Below are positions 35,661 through 47,705 of a DNA stretch of 64,000 nucleotides, piece by piece. The position numbers were made by a program, and so were the translations under genes. The notes under the pieces were generated by a model, which searched no databases, had not been told where the DNA came from, and worked only from the letters and a program-made list of their open reading frames with translations. The stretch comes from Dudresnaya verticillata (lineage: Eukaryota), in the NCBI GenBank assembly GCA_977862235.1, contig OZ374560.1:2108001-2172000 (forward strand). Direction: 5' to 3'. Each line of letters opens with the position of its first letter. Positions within the stretch are counted from its first letter, which is position 1.

Positions 35661-36403
35661 TGTGGTGTAGTGAAAACCCACGAACTCCGAGACGGACAGC
35701 TGGCCTGACTTTCCTGACGAGAGCAACACTACCTCCACGGGGTGGTAGAGCAGTTCGCACCGTAACGGGAGAACAGCTAGCTAACCGAGACGGATATTGG
35801 GAAGCAACAGACAAGGGGGTGGTACAAGTGCCGGGACAGACTCCGTAACGGTGGTGGTGGTAGACCGCAACGGGGTTTTAGGGGTTTAGGGTTTTAGGGG
35901 TTTGTGCCGGGACAGACTCCGTAACGGTGGTGGTGGTAGACCGCAACGGGCTCGGCGCGGGGAAAAACGTAAAGGATTGGGCTAAGGTTGCTTACCCGTT
36001 TACCTTAGGAGCCGCTGCGGTGCCGCCCTGATATACAAGTCAGGGTGGCACCGAGTGGTCCGGTCCGTGGGGGCCAGACCCTAGTGGTCTGGTCCTATGG
36101 TGGAATCGGCCCTGCTGGTCCCAATCTCCGACACGGACATGCGCAGCATTCTCATTGGCTGGCGCGCTACTCTACACACTGTACAGATACTCACTAAAAA
36201 TAAAGAATAAATACTACAAATACTCCGGTATGGTTGGTGCGCATCACTGCTGTACAGCAATGCGTACCGGCGTACAGCAATGCGCACAACATCCGACACG
36301 GTTACACGCTGCCAGATCATCAGCGTGGCGTATTGCCACATCATCCGTTACGATTGGCTCGCCGTCGGCGTGTCGCGTGCGCGCCACGGCTCACTTCACC
36401 ACA
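35661..36403 (-). repeat. Gypsy 3' LTR (743 bp, includes telomere-like insertion)
   Basis: TGTGGTG...CACCACA termini. PPT AAGGAGGGGGGTC adjacent on - (36404-36416). Confidence 0.95.
35875..35903 (+). repeat. Interstitial telomere-like repeat (TTTTAGGGG/TTTAGGG)
   Basis: GTTTTAGGGGTTTAGGGTTTTAGGGGTTT between two identical 47-bp copies (35828-35874, 35904-35950). Absent from the sister LTRs. Confidence 0.85.
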
Positions 36404-36535
36404 GACCCCCCTCCTTAAATGGCGCCACGTCCTCGGGCGCCCACCGTCACGGATTACCTTTGCTGCGACACCCACACACAATGATACGGTATCGTGCGCA
36501 ACTTTTCCTCCTCCTTCGTGCGCGCTTCTCCCCCC

Positions 36536-39384
36536 ATGGCAGGGGAGAAGGCTAAGCGCTCACCGTCGCCCTTTCAACCGACAAGGCGTTCCCGCGCTGC
36601 TTCCACAACTGGGGCGCAGGTCGTGCGAACCGTGACGGATGCTTCGACGCAAGCGCCGGCTTCTTCCTCAGCGGCAGCGACGCGACCCGCGACGGGCGGT
36701 CGTATGAGCATCGCCGTGACGGAACCTTCACCGGCTCCATCAGCGAGCCGAGGGTGGTCTGTCTATGATCCGAATCGGTTTGCTGCGAGCGCTGTCACAA
36801 GGCCCTTGCTACCAGGGAGTGCAGAGACTCACCGTGACGGAGAGGCGCCAACCAAGGAGCGCGATGATGCGTTCCGTCGTGGTGGCGAGGAGCTCAACTT
36901 GGCAGACCTACCGGCCATTCCGTTACGGACACCATCGACACCGGTATCGACGCCGAGTGGTAGGATGGCTTCCAGTCCTCATCCTTCCTCAAGTACACCG
37001 AGACGGATGCGTGGCCCCCCGCAAAGCAACCCACTTGCACCGGGGCCTTGGTGGCCGTTAGTGCATACCCGTGACGGAGAGGGCCCTGCCCCGAGTGGTT
37101 ATTGGCCGGGACACCATTTCCACCATCGCGCGGGGCGCCCGGCTAGAACCGATGCGGAAAGGGCTAAGATTAGGCCCCCGATGACGGTGGACCTCTTCAT
37201 TGAGAAGTATCCAACCGTCTTGGAAGCGAGAAGGTACAAGGCCGTCATGGCGCAACCCTTCAAGGCGAATCAACGCATTGGCGTTGTTCCGAATCGGAGA
37301 GAGTTTGTGTGGCAAAGCCGATGGGTGCATGGCTATTGTCAAGCGAGGACCTCTACCGTTTCGGATTTGTTGTGATATCGCTGCCATGGGGAGGTAGGAT
37401 ATACCGCCAAGGTGAGTCACCTGTTGGGCACAGGTTTCCGTCTTCGGGGTGCGCCGGTCGGAGTGCAATTCATTTGCTTCGACCGCCCCTATGACCAATC
37501 GGTATATTGGTTCCGCTATGCCGATGGGTGGAAGGACGATGCTGCGACGGAACACCGTTTGCGAACTCGTTCCCGTGACGGAATACAGGTTGGCTCGCCA
37601 ATCCTGCATACTTGGAACACTAAGGAGTTCTTCCATCTTCCGTATCGGGTACGTCGTGAGTTGTACCTTACAGCTCCGTCATGGTGGGCGCGTTATGAGG
37701 TGACCCGTTGGTTGTCTGTCCCCACGCCGTCCGTCGTAGCGTACTTCTCGGCGGACTTACTCACCGAACGGGAGTGGAACGACAAACATCCGAACGGAGA
37801 ACGTCCCCCGAATCAAGATCAGCTCGATGTACTGTGGCGCATCTTCCGATCGGAATGGGCCATGCTGGTGCTCTTCTCGTGGCTCCAGGTGGCCTATTAC
37901 GGAGTTCGGTATAACACCAAGTTAGCTCACTGGCGATGCTTCCCACGGGATGAGGATGACCTGCCGGGAGGAGACTGTGGCCGTATTTTTCAACTTCCCG
38001 TAACGGTGATCGCCCTGATTCGCGAAGTCGGCGTAGCCGATTTAGTGACGGGGTCGGCATACCCTCTCCATCGGGTTGAGCGTCTTTTATCCGTACACGG
38101 AGAACAAGATTGGCAACGCACTCCGGGCTTCTTGGGGTATAATTGGGACGAGGACCGTGTCCTATCGGTGCCCCCGTTGAGGCCCGGGGTGGGTGAGCCC
38201 TATTTCCTTCATCGAGAAGATCCGCGTCCGGAATGGTTGGCCTTAGAGGTGCAGGCCCATCGGGACTATGCCTCTCGCCAAGCACCAAGGGATGCGTACC
38301 GTGACGGTTTGGATGGGGCTGAAGATTGGGGAAGCTGTCATGGGACAGCGGGGCGTCCGCGTACAATCGACCCACGCGATTCCGTTACGGTGAGGCAGCA
38401 AGAGGCTGACCCCTTCGTGGAAGACCAGGAGGAGGTCATGCCCGTGGCCTCAATGGCAGCGGGTAGCGAGAAGACACCCTCTCCAATCCTTCCGGTGGCC
38501 GCGACACCCACGTCGCGCGAGGTGGCTCTTGAGACTACTACTCCCGTATCGGATAAGACCCCAACACCCATAGGCGTGGTTGCACCGACCAAGGCGGTGC
38601 CCAAGCTTGCGGCACCATCCAAGGAGGGAGTCTCAAAAGAGCAGACCGTTTCGGAAGTGGCGCCGGATACTGTACCAGTGGCACTGTCTCCTGCGACGCA
38701 AATGCCTGTCGCCGCGGAACCGCCCCTACCAAGTGCTCCGCTGTCGGCGCCCACTCCCACACCAGCGGTGAGTGAGGCACCGATCACCGTATCGGCAGTG
38801 GCTGCAAAGCGCCCAAGTGTTGGGGCAGCTGGAGACAAGCCCTCGGTTCTTGCGTCAAGTCATGAACCGTTACGGAAAAGCGATATCGCCTCGCCAGAGA
38901 AGGACACGGATCCACCGCTGCGGAAGGACGTACCTTCACCCGAGTCGGGACCATCCGTATTGGTGGTTTCCTCAACGGAGCATTCACTCGAAGCCGGGGT
39001 TAGGGATAAGCCGTCGATCTCCCCGAAGGTAGAGCTTCAAGAAGATGAGGATCCCCCGTTACGGTTCCGGCTCATCTAGCCGCTACGGAAAGTGGGTTAC
39101 AGGTGCTGCGAGGCATTTGCCGTACGCAGCGCTTCCCATTGCCAGGATCCGTTCAGGAAGCGCTAACCCTAGCGGAGGGGCTAATGGAACAGGTAATTCA
39201 GCTCCGCTCAGTGGACCGTCGTCAGCGTCGGCGCATGGATAGTACGATTCGCGTCTTGGGAGACAATACGCAGCGCGTATTCCAATCGGATCCGAGTGGG
39301 GAACCCGGCTTACGAACGGGTCGAGGGAGCAACGAGGAAGACACAGTGGCCCCTGCTCCGAAACGGCGTCGACGTAACTCTTAG
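36536..39384 (+). pseudogene. Large antisense accessory ORF of the Gypsy element (~950 codons; one TGA, one frameshift)
   Basis: ATG at 36536. Same frame through TGA 37373-37375 to ~39055, then a shift near the C-run into the 39103-39384 frame ending PAPKRRRRNS. W/Y/F-rich globular core about 37050-38250 and P/S/T/A-rich linker. Confidence 0.75.
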
Positions 39385-39484
39385 AGTTACAGCTCGACGA
39401 TCTCCTTAACGGTTTCCATTATGCCTCGATCTTAGCTTGCGATAAACGTTGTGTGTTATCACACCCCAACGTTCTAACTGTCCG

Positions 39485-42400
39485 TTACGGTGAGTGACGT
39501 GCTGGATTAGCACGTCGCCGTGGCTTACCCTTAGCGGATGTCTTTTTCTTTTGCTTCCAATATCGGTAGATGAAGTTCTGCGGTAACTCCTCCGCGGGCT
39601 CAAAAGTGTCCTGATACGGAGGGTAACCATACCAGCGGACTTTGTATGTCATCCCAGTAGGTTCGTCGCGGTGACCGACATTCTTGTCGATCACATATTC
39701 CGTATCGGCTTGCAGTGGTTCCGTCGCGGAGGGAGTAGTACCTTCAGAAGGAGGTACTACTGTAGTACCTCCTGGATGTGGCACTAATTCTCCGTAGACG
39801 GTTGATGGCGTGACAGGCGGCACTGTTAAGGGTGCCGGCTGAACCGCAACTCCGATCGGAACCTTCGTGATACGATCAATACTCACGGGGATCAATACCC
39901 CTTCCTTTCGGATTGTAACAACATGTTCCGTTGCGGATTCCACTTCGTAAGGCCCCGTGGCTCTCGGAAGGAGTTTCTTCATTTCCTGAGCCACCTCGCC
40001 TACATCATCCGGCTTGCCTTCCAATCGGTCCCGTTCACGGCGTTCGGCAGGCCGCAAGTTATGGGGCGGCCTGTCGACGTAGACTTGATCTCCGTTACGG
40101 ATTATGGGCCTAAAGCGCATCTTACGGTCAAACAGGGCCTTGGCTTTTTGCTGAGCCACTGTTTGCTTCGTGCGCGCTGTTTGGAGCGCATACCGTAAAC
40201 GGCGCATGGTACTCCGCTTATGTAGCACCGGGGTCATACGCCCTTCCGTAACGGTTTCTTGATGCTCGACAGGAGCCCCTCGTACAACAATGTCCGATGG
40301 GTGGCGTGTCAACACCAAATCAAATGGCGTTGTTTCCGTAACACGGTGCACCTGCATGTTGTACGCATACGTCAACGGTTGCAGGTACAGATCCCAATCG
40401 GAGTGATGATCCTCAACGTAATGGCGCAAATGCTGAGCGATTGTCTTATTAAATCGCTCAGCTTGCCCATTTGTCTGCGGATGGTAGGCGGCGGTGAGCA
40501 GGTGCCTGACTCCGAGTAAGGAACACACCGCGTCGAAGAACTTAGCAGTAAACTGCGGTCCGTTATCGGTTAGGACAAATTGGGGTGCACCATAGGCGTA
40601 CACCCAAAAGTCCAGAAAGGCATTAGCCACCACAACGGCTGTTGTTGTCCGTAACGGAATACAGCGCGTCAGCTTAGAGAACCAATCGGTAATTACCAAA
40701 ACGTAGACATAACCCCGTTTTGTCTTCGGAAGTGGCCCGAGAATGTCGATAGCGACAAACTCCAAAGGTCCGCTAGCGGGGAAGAGCTTCATAAATCTTT
40801 GATTCCGAAAGCGGGTTCCCTTTGTCTTCACGCAGGAGCGACATGTCCGAACGGATTCAAATACATCGTTGGCCATATGAGGCCAATAATAATCCTGTCG
40901 GAGTGTGTAATACATCTTAATTCCGCCTGGGTGACCCGACATCAGGGTGTAGTGGGATAAATACAATACCCGTCCACGGAGTTCGCTTGGCACCACCTTC
41001 TGTAGAGCGCCATCCAATTGGGACTTGCGTACCAAGAATCCGTTACGGTCATAGTCAAACTGTGATCCAGGGGAGCCTACCGTATCGGCTTTGGGACGGC
41101 AGAAAGGGTCTCTGGCTTGCGCTTCGAGAAACGCCTCCCTGGTAATTGTCTCATCCTTAACGTCGGATTCTTGGATTACAGTAAACCGTGACGGTATTGC
41201 GTCGGGCTTGTCAGGGGAGGCGGATGCGCTCCCACTGGCGGGCTCCACGGTGCATATTACGTTATTTTCCGTAGCGGTTTCTTGTGATGTAGCCCAATCG
41301 GTTAAATAAACTCCATGCTCATATAATCCGTCGACGGTATTTTCGGCGATAAAGCAGGGTATCTCTTCATCCAAAGGTCTATCGTCACCGCCATCCGTTC
41401 GGAGTCGCGACATTCCATCGGCGAGTTGATGCTTAATTCCAGGACGGTATTGCACCTCAAATTCAAATTCCGATAGGCGGAGCCTCCACCTGGCAAGGCG
41501 GCCAGATGAGTCTGCGAGGTTCAGGATCCACCGCAGGGCATCGTGATCCGTTCGGAGAATAAACTTGTCACCGTAAAGGTAGGGTCGGAGTGTTAACATG
41601 CTCCAGACCACGGCTAAGCATTCCTTTTCGGTTGTCGTATAATTTTTCTCCGCATCGGTGAGGCTTCGGCTCCAATATCCAATAGGGAGTTGATCGCCAT
41701 TCGGTTGTTCCTGCAGAAGGACACAGCCGACTTGGTGGTCACATGCGTCCGTGTCCAACGTATATTTATATCCGTGACGGGGTAGAGCCAATATAGGTGG
41801 AGAGATAAGGCGTCTCTTCAGTTCCTCGAAGGCTTCATATTCCGTATCGGATAATATTCCAAACTCAAAGGGTGAGCCCTTGCCGGTTTTTTTAGCGGAG
41901 CTGAAATCCGACCGAAGTTGGGTACAAAGCGACGATACACGTTGCACATTCCCAAGAAGGATCGCAATTCCGTTTGGTTTGTCGGCGGCTTCGCGACCTT
42001 GACGGATTGGATATTTCTATTATCCACTTCTAATTTTCCGGGACGGATAACATGCCCCAGGTATTGTACAGACGCGTTGAAGAAGTCACACTTTGACAAT
42101 TTCAACGTTACCCCAGCGGATCGTAAAAGCGTAAGGACTTCCTTCAGGTGGTGGAAATGTTCCGTAACGGTTTTTGAGTAGACAATTACATCGTCTAGGT
42201 AGACGAGGGCAAATTGCCATTTAACCGTAGAAAGGATTATATCCACTGCCCGTTGGAAGGTTGCCGGTGCATTTTTCAATCCGAATGGCATTCTCCGAAA
42301 ACGGTATAAGCCAAAGTGGCTAGTGAAGGTAGTTTTGTCCCTTTCCTCTTCCGGAATCTCGACTTGCCAATATCCGCTATTGCAATCCAGGGTGGTAAAT

Positions 42401-43753
42401 ACAGTAGCTTCCCCAAGGGAATCTATGCACTCATCCATCCTGGGCAAGGGATATGAGTCCCTAACCGTTACGGAATTGAGCCTTCTATAGTCAACACAGA
42501 ACCGCATGGTGCCGTCCTTTTTTGGAACGAAAACCACGGGGCTGGCCCACTCCGATGAGGCTGGTTCAATTACCTTAGCGGAAAGCATGCGATCGATCTC
42601 TGTCTTTTCGAGATCTCGCTGCTTATGTCCGGCACGGTATGGGGCTTGGTATACTGGCTTAGCTCCGGGAGTTAACTCGATGCGGTGCTTGGCAGCTGTA
42701 ATGTTGCCAAGATCGCCACTCCACATCGACTTATATTCCTCGAGTAGGGTTAAAATCCGTTTGCGGAACGATGCTTCTTCTGTGCCGATCTGGACTTGAT
42801 CCTTCCAGTCGGTAGTATTTTTATTTTCCGTTACGGGTTTGCTTACTTCCTTTTCGTGAGGGGAGATGCTGCTGGCCTTTTCGGAGGTAGGGTTAGAATC
42901 AAATGATTGAATAATTCCTCCCCCCTCCTTAAATGGAGGTATACCGTCAACGGTAAAAATAGCAGAGGGGGCAGCAGTAGCGAGGCCCACGACAGTAGAT
43001 TTGGGCAACCGTACCGGCTTGTTAGAAAAATTAGAGACCCAGATCCGAAACGGTTTGTTAGGTACAACATCCATAATACCATTAGCCATTAACGTAAGGT
43101 GCTTAAAAGCCGGCTTAGGATGATTTTGTAGAAAGCATAACCCACCCGTGGGGTATTAACCGTTACGGAGGTTTGAGTCATAGGGGGAATAAGGGTAGAT
43201 TTTGCAAACGAATTTTCTGAGAAACCGTAGCGGTAGAGAGAGGTGAGGGCTGTAGGGTTGCAGTGGTTCCCGTCTTCGGAATTTTGGCTTGACCAACAAG
43301 GGATACCGGTGGGTAATGATGAAAAACAACTTTCCGTAACGGAGGGAGTATTGCCTTCACGTAGCGGTCGATGAAGGTAGTTCCCAAAATACAGGGAGCC
43401 GCCAAGTTCGCGACCACTAGAAAATGGACGCGAGCACGGAGCTCTCCGATACGGACGAAAAGCTGGATCTGACCAAGAGGGCGTATAGCGCGATTAGACG
43501 CATCCCGTAATGGAGGACTGGATGCTGGGCGTATGAGTGGGAGCCATTGGCGCGGAAGGCGCCTGGCACTAATGAGATTGGGCCCAGCGCCAGAGTCCAA
43601 GACGGAGATTAAAGGAAGCATCACGCTATCTGTCCGTCTCACGGTAATTTGCATCTTGTAATTTTGATGTTGCATAAAGCAGATAGTATCATTGGTCTGA
43701 TAAGCCAATGGGAGTTCCGTAACGGTATCTCGCCGATCCCCTGGCGGGTCCAC
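39485..43753 (-). pseudogene. Gypsy pol: protease, RT, RNase H, integrase, chromodomain (frameshifted)
   Basis: LDSGAGPNLI; RFCVDYRRLN, LDCNSGYWQ, YLDDVIVYS; DTDACDHQVG, TTEKECLAV; GHPG..CRSC, TDNGPQF, HPQTNGQAERFN; chromodomain YVIDKNVGHR..YKVRWYGY..DTFEP. Confidence 0.95.
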
Positions 43754-43797
43754 ACTCGCGAGAGGTGGAACGCCGTGAGGCGGGGATGGCGGCGCCC

Positions 43798-46275
43798 TTA
43801 CGCATCCCCCCTTGAGTTTTCCGAATTCAAGGTTGCACCAGTCGGATCCGCCTCCATGGACTCGCGCAATTCTGCGAGTTCCACTCCGTCATGGTCCTCC
43901 ACCGATAGTATCGGGGCATTCCGTTGCGGAGGGGGCGTTTGCGGTCTGCCCCGATTCCCTTGCGGAGTCGAACTGGTTCCTACTACGAACCTGCGACCTA
44001 CAGGGTAGTGATTCTGGAAGTTGCGCTCGCGCTCTTCCATAAGCCTAACCCAATCGGCGTCATGTATCCATGGGCAAACAACGTGCTCTGGCGAAAGGCA
44101 GATGCGACAGTTACCACTTCCGTAAAGGCGTCGGACCCGAGGATCCGACTCATCCCGTAGCGGAGGTGCTTGTTGCTGCTGCCCTCGCCCATCGTGGGCA
44201 TTATTTCCGTAACGGTGACTCGGCTGCTGTTGGGGGCCAGGAGCTGGGCGAGATCCACCATAGGGGGGACCTTGCGCGCGTGGCAACCTGGGCGGAGTAG
44301 GGTGGACGCTTTGCGGGGGCGAGGAGTACGGGGTAGAAAAGGTAACCCCCGTGCTCGTTCCCGTAGCGGCACCCTGGCATCCCTCGATGGCTGGCACTTG
44401 ATTATCCGTAGCGGAAATATTCCCTTGCGGCTCATAGTATACATCCGATACGGAATCCAGCAACAACACCTTAGACGGGCGCGCTTTAGTGCGCCCATCA
44501 AAGACGTGAGCCGGAACGGTTTGGCGTCGAGCTGCCCGATGGGACTGACCCAGGCCAGTCGCATAGCGAGTGATGGCCTGATAATCCAACTGGGAATGCG
44601 TCGCTAGATAATTTCTCATCTGTTGACGAGTACCCGGTAGGAGTCCTTCAACGAACAGTGACTTCAATGCCCGATCGGAAAATACTGTACCGCAACGGAG
44701 AGCCTTGGCCCAGAGCTGGTTCGAGAACTGCTATTCCGTCATGGCGGACGTTTGCCTGAAGTTGCTGGCATCCGTATAGGCTTCCGCAATCACTTCATCC
44801 GTAGCGTAGGTTCTCAATAAAAAGTTCACCACCTCGGAATATGTGCGGAGCATCTCGGCCTGCTCCACGTCAACCGCCATGGTACCTCCAGCAAGCCTAG
44901 CCTGTAGAAGGGCTTCGGCCTGTCCTTTAAGGAAAAACTGGAAGCAACAGACGGCAACCCCTTCGGCGATGCCGTTGATGTTACAACCGTCACGGAACTT
45001 GGCGAGAAATCCCAAGACGGTAATAGGGTCCGTCCCATCGAATGTATGGGACGACATCTGGACGTCGAGTTTCTTCCGTATACGGCTCATGTTCTGTGAG
45101 AACTTAGAGCCGTATGTCTTACTCCTCTTATCCAATCGGTAGGTGCGGTAATCTAGCGCCTTGACAAACTTGTCATGTAGCGGCCGGATTACCTTCACCT
45201 TTCCGGATTTGGCACCGTGTTTTCTGGCCCGGTGCCTATTCTCTCTATCCGTTACGGAAGAACTCTCTGAGTCTGAATCCGTAGAGGTAGAGGAGTCATG
45301 CCCTTTTTCGCGTTTCCGCGATCTTCTGTTTCTCATCTTGCGGCGGCGGTGTTGGCTATCTGAGCTGCTCTCATTGGATTCCTTACCGGATTGGTGGCGT
45401 CGTCGCTGGGTGTGGTCGCCCATGTGCGACCGACGGGGAGGGTCAGAGCGGGAGTGTCGGGCATCTCGGTTATGCCGACCTCGACCGGTCCTCCGACTCG
45501 GATGGGGTGAGCTGGACGCATCGCTGAGATGGTCGCTGCCTCCACCTGATCGAACCGGAACGGTATAGCGCTCTTGCTGATAGCGCCCTGGCGTAGGCAT
45601 ATCTACGTGTCCAGGAGAATACCGTAACGGTGGCTGAGTGTGTGTTGGTCCCGTAGGGGCGTATTGACGTTGAGAATCCGTTACGGGAGCCGGTGGCAGT
45701 GGCCCAGAGGGTACTGTGCCCGGCGGTAATCCCATAACGGGGGGTTGTTGCGGCTGCTGCGTTCTTCCTTCGACCGGGAAGTCATTCCGTAACGGTGGTT
45801 GCTCAGTGAAAGCTTCCGTAGCGGGAGGCCTTGCCATGCCGGGAGCAATCTGGCTCTCGAGCTCGGCGGCCACCTTTTCCTGTAGGATCAAAGCTTGCAC
45901 TATCCGAGGAAGGTGCCGCTCCAGATAGGAATTAACCAAAGACGGAACAGTTTCCGAGAGGGATATCTCCACCTATTTTACCATTCCAGGTTGTACTTCC
46001 AATCGGAGATGCTCTAGCACCCTAGGAAGGACCTCCGACAGGACCCAGTGGACCCGATGGGATTCCGGCTTGGGTTGCGGAGCTGCCTTCTTGGAGGCGT
46101 CTGATCCGACACGGGAACGGGGAGCTTTACCAGCAGCACCCTTTAGGATGTCTTCTGGGTTCTCCACTCCGGAACGGATTTCACCTCCTTCACTGCGCAG
46201 ACTGCGCGCAGCGGGGGTAGTGTCACCCGCTTTAGGTTCCGTAACGGGAGGGTCTGCGTGTTCTTCGTTCTGCAT
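43798..46275 (-). pseudogene. Gypsy gag (two in-frame TAG stops)
   Basis: Three same-frame ORFs: FDGTDPITVLGFL, YSEVVNFLLRTYATDEVI, LKSLFVEGL, Zn-knuckle-like CRICLSPEHVVCP. Confidence 0.85.
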
Positions 46276-46402
46276 GATGCCTTAACGGAACAAAACGGTT
46301 GTTCTTGCTTGTCTATCCAATATTCCGTAACGGGTTGTCGGTACAGCCGAATTCCTACCGTAGCGGATTTCGACGGCTGTTTCTTCCAACCGTGACAGTG
46401 TT

Positions 46403-46418
46403 CTAGGTCGGGAGACCA
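46403..46418 (-). promoter_or_regulatory. Primer-binding site (possibly tRNA-Tyr)
   Basis: TGGTCTCCCGACCTAG lies 5 nt inside the 5' LTR boundary. It is complementary to a tRNA end ..CGGGAGACCA, as in eukaryotic tRNA-Tyr. The tRNA identity is inference. Confidence 0.7.
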
Positions 46419-46423
46419 AAAGA

Positions 46424-47098
46424 TGTGGTGTAGTGAAAACCCACGAACTCCGAGACGGACAGCTGGCCTGACTTTCCTTAACGGACGAGAGCAACACTAC
46501 CTCCACGGGGTGGTAGAGCAGTTCGCACCGTAACGGGAGAACAGCTAGCGGCTAACCGAGACGGATATTGGGAAGCAACAGACAAGGGGGTGGTACAAGT
46601 GCCGGGACGTACTCCGTAACGGTGGTGGTGGTAGACCGCAACGGGCTCGGCGCGGGGAAAACCGTAAAGGATTGGGCTAAGGTTGCTTACCCGTTTACCT
46701 TAGGAGCCGCTGCGGTGCCGCCCTGATATACAAGTCAGGGTGGCACCGAGTGGTCCGGTCCGTGGGGGCCAGACCCTAGTGGTCTGGTCCTATGGTGGAA
46801 TCGGCCCTGCTGGTCCCAATCTCCGACACGGACATGCGCAGCATTCTCATTGGCTGGCGCGCTACTCTACACACTGTACAGATACTCACTAAAAATAAAG
46901 AATAAATACTACAAATACTCCGGTATGGTTGGTGCGCTTCACTGCTGTACAGCAATGCGTACCGGCGTACAGCAATGCGCACAACATCCGACACGGTTAC
47001 ACGTTGCCAGATCATCAGCGTGGCGTATTGCCACATCATCCGTTACGGTTGGCTCGCCGTCGGCGTGTCGCGTGCGCGCCACGGCTCACTTCACCACA
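46424..47098 (-). repeat. Gypsy 5' LTR (675 bp)
   Basis: TGTGGTG...CACCACA termini. Colinear with the 3' LTR apart from small indels and the 76-bp insertion. Confidence 0.95.
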
Positions 47099-47705
47099 AC
47101 GCGCGCGCGTACTCCGGCGTGGAGCCGTTGAGTACATGTGGACCGTTTCGCCCACGCGCGCCCCCGGGTTACCTAACCCGTACGCTTCGACGCGTGTCGC
47201 GGCGCGCCGGTGCACCTCCCTAGTTGGTGCCGCCACAGGAACTGTATTATATTTAGTAGTCGCCCCTCTGGGCTTGAGTAAACGATCAGGCTTCAGAGCC
47301 GTTGATCTGCGACCGTCGACGGCGCGCGCGGCCGCAACCACCGCTCTACCACCACCGCTACCACCCTTCGACGGGCCTGGGTGCGACTACGAGACCAGCC
47401 GCGCTAGACGCCAGTTCGACCTGACGTTTATACCACACTAAACAAATAAAAGATAGCCTTGACAGTCAATGTAGAGGCAGATAAAGGGCGGGAGGGATAG
47501 GAAGAAAGGATAGACTTGCTGCTTCGTAGGGAGAGCGACAGGCGATAGCCTTGTGTACTGTAACCACCATGTCGAGGGAGACCCAGAGTTGCACTTTGCA
47601 TATTCTGTTCCCGTTGTCAGTGGCAACATTGGATCTGGTACCCTGGGCGAGACTCCATCTTTTAGCATCCTTCTGATTCTGTTCGCGATGGATGAACCAC
47701 ATTTG

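Larger units (their letters stand above)
35661..47098 (-). mobile_element. Full-length Ty3/Gypsy (chromodomain-bearing) LTR retrotransposon, TSD ACGCG
   Basis: Near-identical LTRs 35661-36403 and 46424-47098. ACGCG at 35656-35660 and 47099-47103. PBS and PPT present. Order gag-PR-RT-RH-IN-chromo on -. Confidence 0.97.
35355..47437. repeat. Solo LTR (~640 bp net; halves 35355-35660 and 47104-47437) split by the Gypsy insertion, TSD CTAAA
   Basis: TGTCGCATA...TATACCACA termini. CTAAA at 35350-35354 and 47438-47442. Confidence 0.75.

Noticed and set aside
37409..37417. AG/GTGAGT splice-donor-like site in the antisense ORF
   Set aside because: The frame is continuous across it apart from one upstream TGA, so no intron is needed.
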